DNA of 64,000 nt from Octopus bimaculoides (lineage: Eukaryota). The translations under genes were made by a program, and so were the position numbers. The notes under the pieces are model-generated. The model was given only the letters and a program-made list of their open reading frames with translations. It did not search any database and was not told where the DNA came from. The stretch covers positions 26,090,002-26,154,001 of the forward strand of contig NC_068985.1 of NCBI RefSeq assembly GCF_001194135.2, read 5' to 3'. The first letter of the stretch is position 1. Each line of letters begins with the position of its first letter. Of this stretch, positions 61,544 to 64,000 are shown piece after piece.

Positions 61544-62244
61544 GCACTGGGTTTGATATAATTGATTTATCCCTTCCCCTGAAATTGCTGGCCTTGTGCC
61601 AAAATTTGAAACCTATATGTATATGGACATGGTTGATTTTGTGTGCATATGTATATATAAATGTGTGTGTGTACATATACACACACACACATTTGCATAC
61701 ACACACGCAGACATATATAAGAACATTCCACAGGCAGCCTTCAACTTTTTCTATCCAAAAGGTTTTTAACTCAATATTTATAGTTTTATTTGCTTAGAGA
61801 TTCACTGTTCCAATATAGAACATAGACATAAATATGAACACATAGGTACAGAGGGAGGTGGAGAAAAACAGTACTCAAATACTAAAGATAGAGTGAAATA
61901 TTATTTTATTGAAGCTGAAAAGAACCTTACAATCTGTTACTCTGAGTTGTCGTGAATCTAATTCTCACAACTATCTGATGAATTGTTACATGAAATTCAG
62001 AGAAACAGTTTGTGAAATTTCTTTCAGCTTCAATAAAAATATATATAATATTAAATTTGACTTTGCAGGCAAAACCAATATTTGATAGGCACAAGCATGA
62101 CTATGTCATTAAGAAGCTCGTTTCTCAACCATATGGTGTGGATTCAGTCCTATTTGATGGTATCTTAGACAAATGTCTTTTACCAAAGCCCTGAGTCAAC
62201 TGAAGCCTTACCAATAGATTTTGTAGACAGAAACTAAAAGAAGC

Positions 62245-62475
62245 CGGCAAGCTGGCAGAAATGTTAGCACACCGGGTGAAATACTTAGCAGTATTTTGTC
62301 TGCCATTACGTTCTGAGTTCAAATTCCGCCAAGGTTGACTTTGCCTTTCATTCTTTCGGGGTCAATAAATTAAGTACCAGTTACACACTGGGATCAATGT
62401 AATCGACTTAATCCCTTTGTCTGTCCTTGTTTGTCCACTCTATGTTTAGCCCCTTCTGGGCAATAAAGAAATAAG
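62245..62475 (+). mobile_element. SINE family A subfamily with alternative 3' tail
   Basis: ggcaagctggcagaaatgttagcacaccggg..gttctgagttcaaattccgcc..ggcaataaagaaataag. Confidence 0.72.
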
Positions 62476-62867
62476 TAACTGAAAGAAGCCTGTCATATAA
62501 TATATAAACTTTGAATCTTTGACCTTTACATAGTCAGAGCTGAGGATTAAATCCAATAAAACCAAAAATAACTAAAACCACTGGTATATCCTAGACCTAC
62601 CTACATCCTTTTTGTGGACCACTAAAAACAATCCCATGATCCAAAGGGAACACACCTAAATATACACACTTGTTTACAAAGTTCTACATACATGAATAAA
62701 TTGTAAACAACATAACACCACATTTAATCGGTAAAAACTTCTCCAAATCACCTCTCTATCACAACCCACCCAACAACTTAATTATCATTCCACTCAAACC
62801 CACATACTAAAGGAAGATTTAACTTAAAAAATCTCAGTCTCTACCTCTAGCTTACCCCACTGGCAGT

Positions 62868-63520
62868 CAATGGTGTCCATTTTCTGTACATTTTTAGTGT
62901 TAATTGTACCTGCGCACCTTCCACACACAAAGACTATTTTCCCAGTTAACCTTCCTCTGATATTGCCACACCTCTTATGTGTCTATAGCTTGCACTGGGT
63001 ACCTGGGTACATCGTATGGAGTTTCTATCAATGCCTTTCCTCCAGATCGAGCAGGGATTTGTGATTTGTCTGTTTTCCTACTTACTAAGACTTTGGTTTT
63101 TGCTAGGTTAACTATAAGGCCCATCAATTTTAGACCTTGCTTCCACACCTGAAATTACTTCTCTAGTTCTGGTAGTGATTCAACTCTAAGAACAAGGTCA
63201 TCAGCATGGAGGAGCCCCCAGGGGCAGCCCATCTTAAATTCCTCTGTTATTGCCTTGAGGACTGTGATGAACAAGAGGGGATTGAGGGCTGATCCTTGGT
63301 GAACCCCTACTTGTACCCTGAATTCATTGCGATACTTGTTGCCAACTCTCACCTAACTGTACATGGCTTGTACAGCTCTCACCAACCACTCATCTATCCC
63401 TAGTTTCCACGTTGACCACTAGATAAGGGACTGGGGGACCCTATCAAAGGCTTTCTCTATGTCAACAAAAGCCAAGTATGGAGGTTTATCTTTGGCTAGG
63501 TATTTCACCTGCAGCAGAGA
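62868..63520 (-). mobile_element. RTE-type LINE reverse transcriptase fragment
   Basis: KYLAKDKPPYLAFVDIEKAFDRVP...VGVHQGSALNPLLF...LLHADDLVL (RT motifs), followed by a degenerate Cys-rich segment (PCSIWRKGIDRNSIRCTQ). Confidence 0.88.
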
Positions 63521-63588
63521 ATCTTGCAGCTTCCACAGTAAGCTCCTCAAACAGACTCGGCTATCAATTCACATAGTAACTAAAATTC

Positions 63589-63700
63589 AGGAAGATCTGA
63601 TTGATGAAATTATTTCAGGAAGATCTGATTGATGAAATTATTTCAGGAAGATCTGATTGATGAAATTATTTCAGGAAGATCTGATTGATGAAATTATTTC
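63589..63700 (+). repeat. Perfect 28-bp tandem repeat x4
   Basis: AGGAAGATCTGATTGATGAAATTATTTC repeated four times without mismatch. Confidence 0.97.
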
Positions 63701-63736
63701 ATGAAGAGTATATAAAACCTTATGATTTATTATATA

Positions 63737-63827
63737 CTAGCAGAAATACCCGGCGTTGCCCAGGTTAAAGAGAATAATGAAATCTAAAAACGCCGTCTAG
63801 ACTACGCATCATCTTTATATATAGAGA
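63737..63827 (-). mobile_element. 91-bp non-autonomous Helitron
   Basis: Minus strand A|TCTCTATATATAAAG ... hairpin ACCTGG-GCAACG-CCGGGT, 7 nt, CTAG|T; inserted between A and T with no TSD. Confidence 0.75.
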
Positions 63828-64000
63828 TGTATATACACACACACGCACCCAAACACACGTATATATATGTATATCAATATAAATATATGAAAGTCAATGA
63901 AGTTTTGTAAAAGAAGGTGATCATGTACATACTTTCTTGTTGTTGTGATTATAACACCTCGTTGTAAACAATGTTCCTTGTTTTCCCTTGTGGAGCATAT

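Noticed and set aside
63589-63700. CRISPR-like array
   Set aside because: Direct repeats are contiguous with no spacers, the context is eukaryotic, and there are no cas genes.
57904-64000. Upstream CANT1 exons
   Set aside because: No match to the expected N-terminal apyrase motifs was found; the region is mostly transposon-derived, so these exons probably lie beyond the window.

Overview
AT-rich animal genomic DNA with spliceosomal introns and two N gaps. The repeat families look like those of an octopus or other coleoid cephalopod (inference from recalled repeat consensus). I hand-spliced three protein genes: (1) LUC7L3-type U1 snRNP-associated splicing factor, minus strand, 10 coding exons, 27372->2518, 489 aa; (2) eRF3/GSPT1 translation release factor, plus strand, 14 coding exons, 27696->52049, 552 aa, head-to-head with LUC7L3 across 323 bp that contain YY1, ETS and a 14-bp CRE palindrome; (3) the last two coding exons of CANT1 apyrase, minus strand, 57903->54478, with upstream exons not found in the window. 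Introns hold RTE-type LINE fragments, tRNA-derived SINEs, piggyBac and mariner remnants, MITEs and a mini-Helitron. Three observations stand out. First, LUC7L3 has a set of non-annotated 5' splice sites (two 3'UTR donors 37 and 88 nt past the stop, a frameshifting exon-5 donor, a candidate poison exon) that could form a splicing-NMD feedback circuit, co-transcribed with the NMD/termination factor eRF3. Second, a canonical minimal hammerhead ribozyme sits in a rod-like 313-bp insert at 6761-6803, with further hammerhead-like motifs elsewhere. Third, a ~270-bp near-perfect foldback lies in LUC7L3 intron 1. All regulatory claims are hypotheses that need RNA data.
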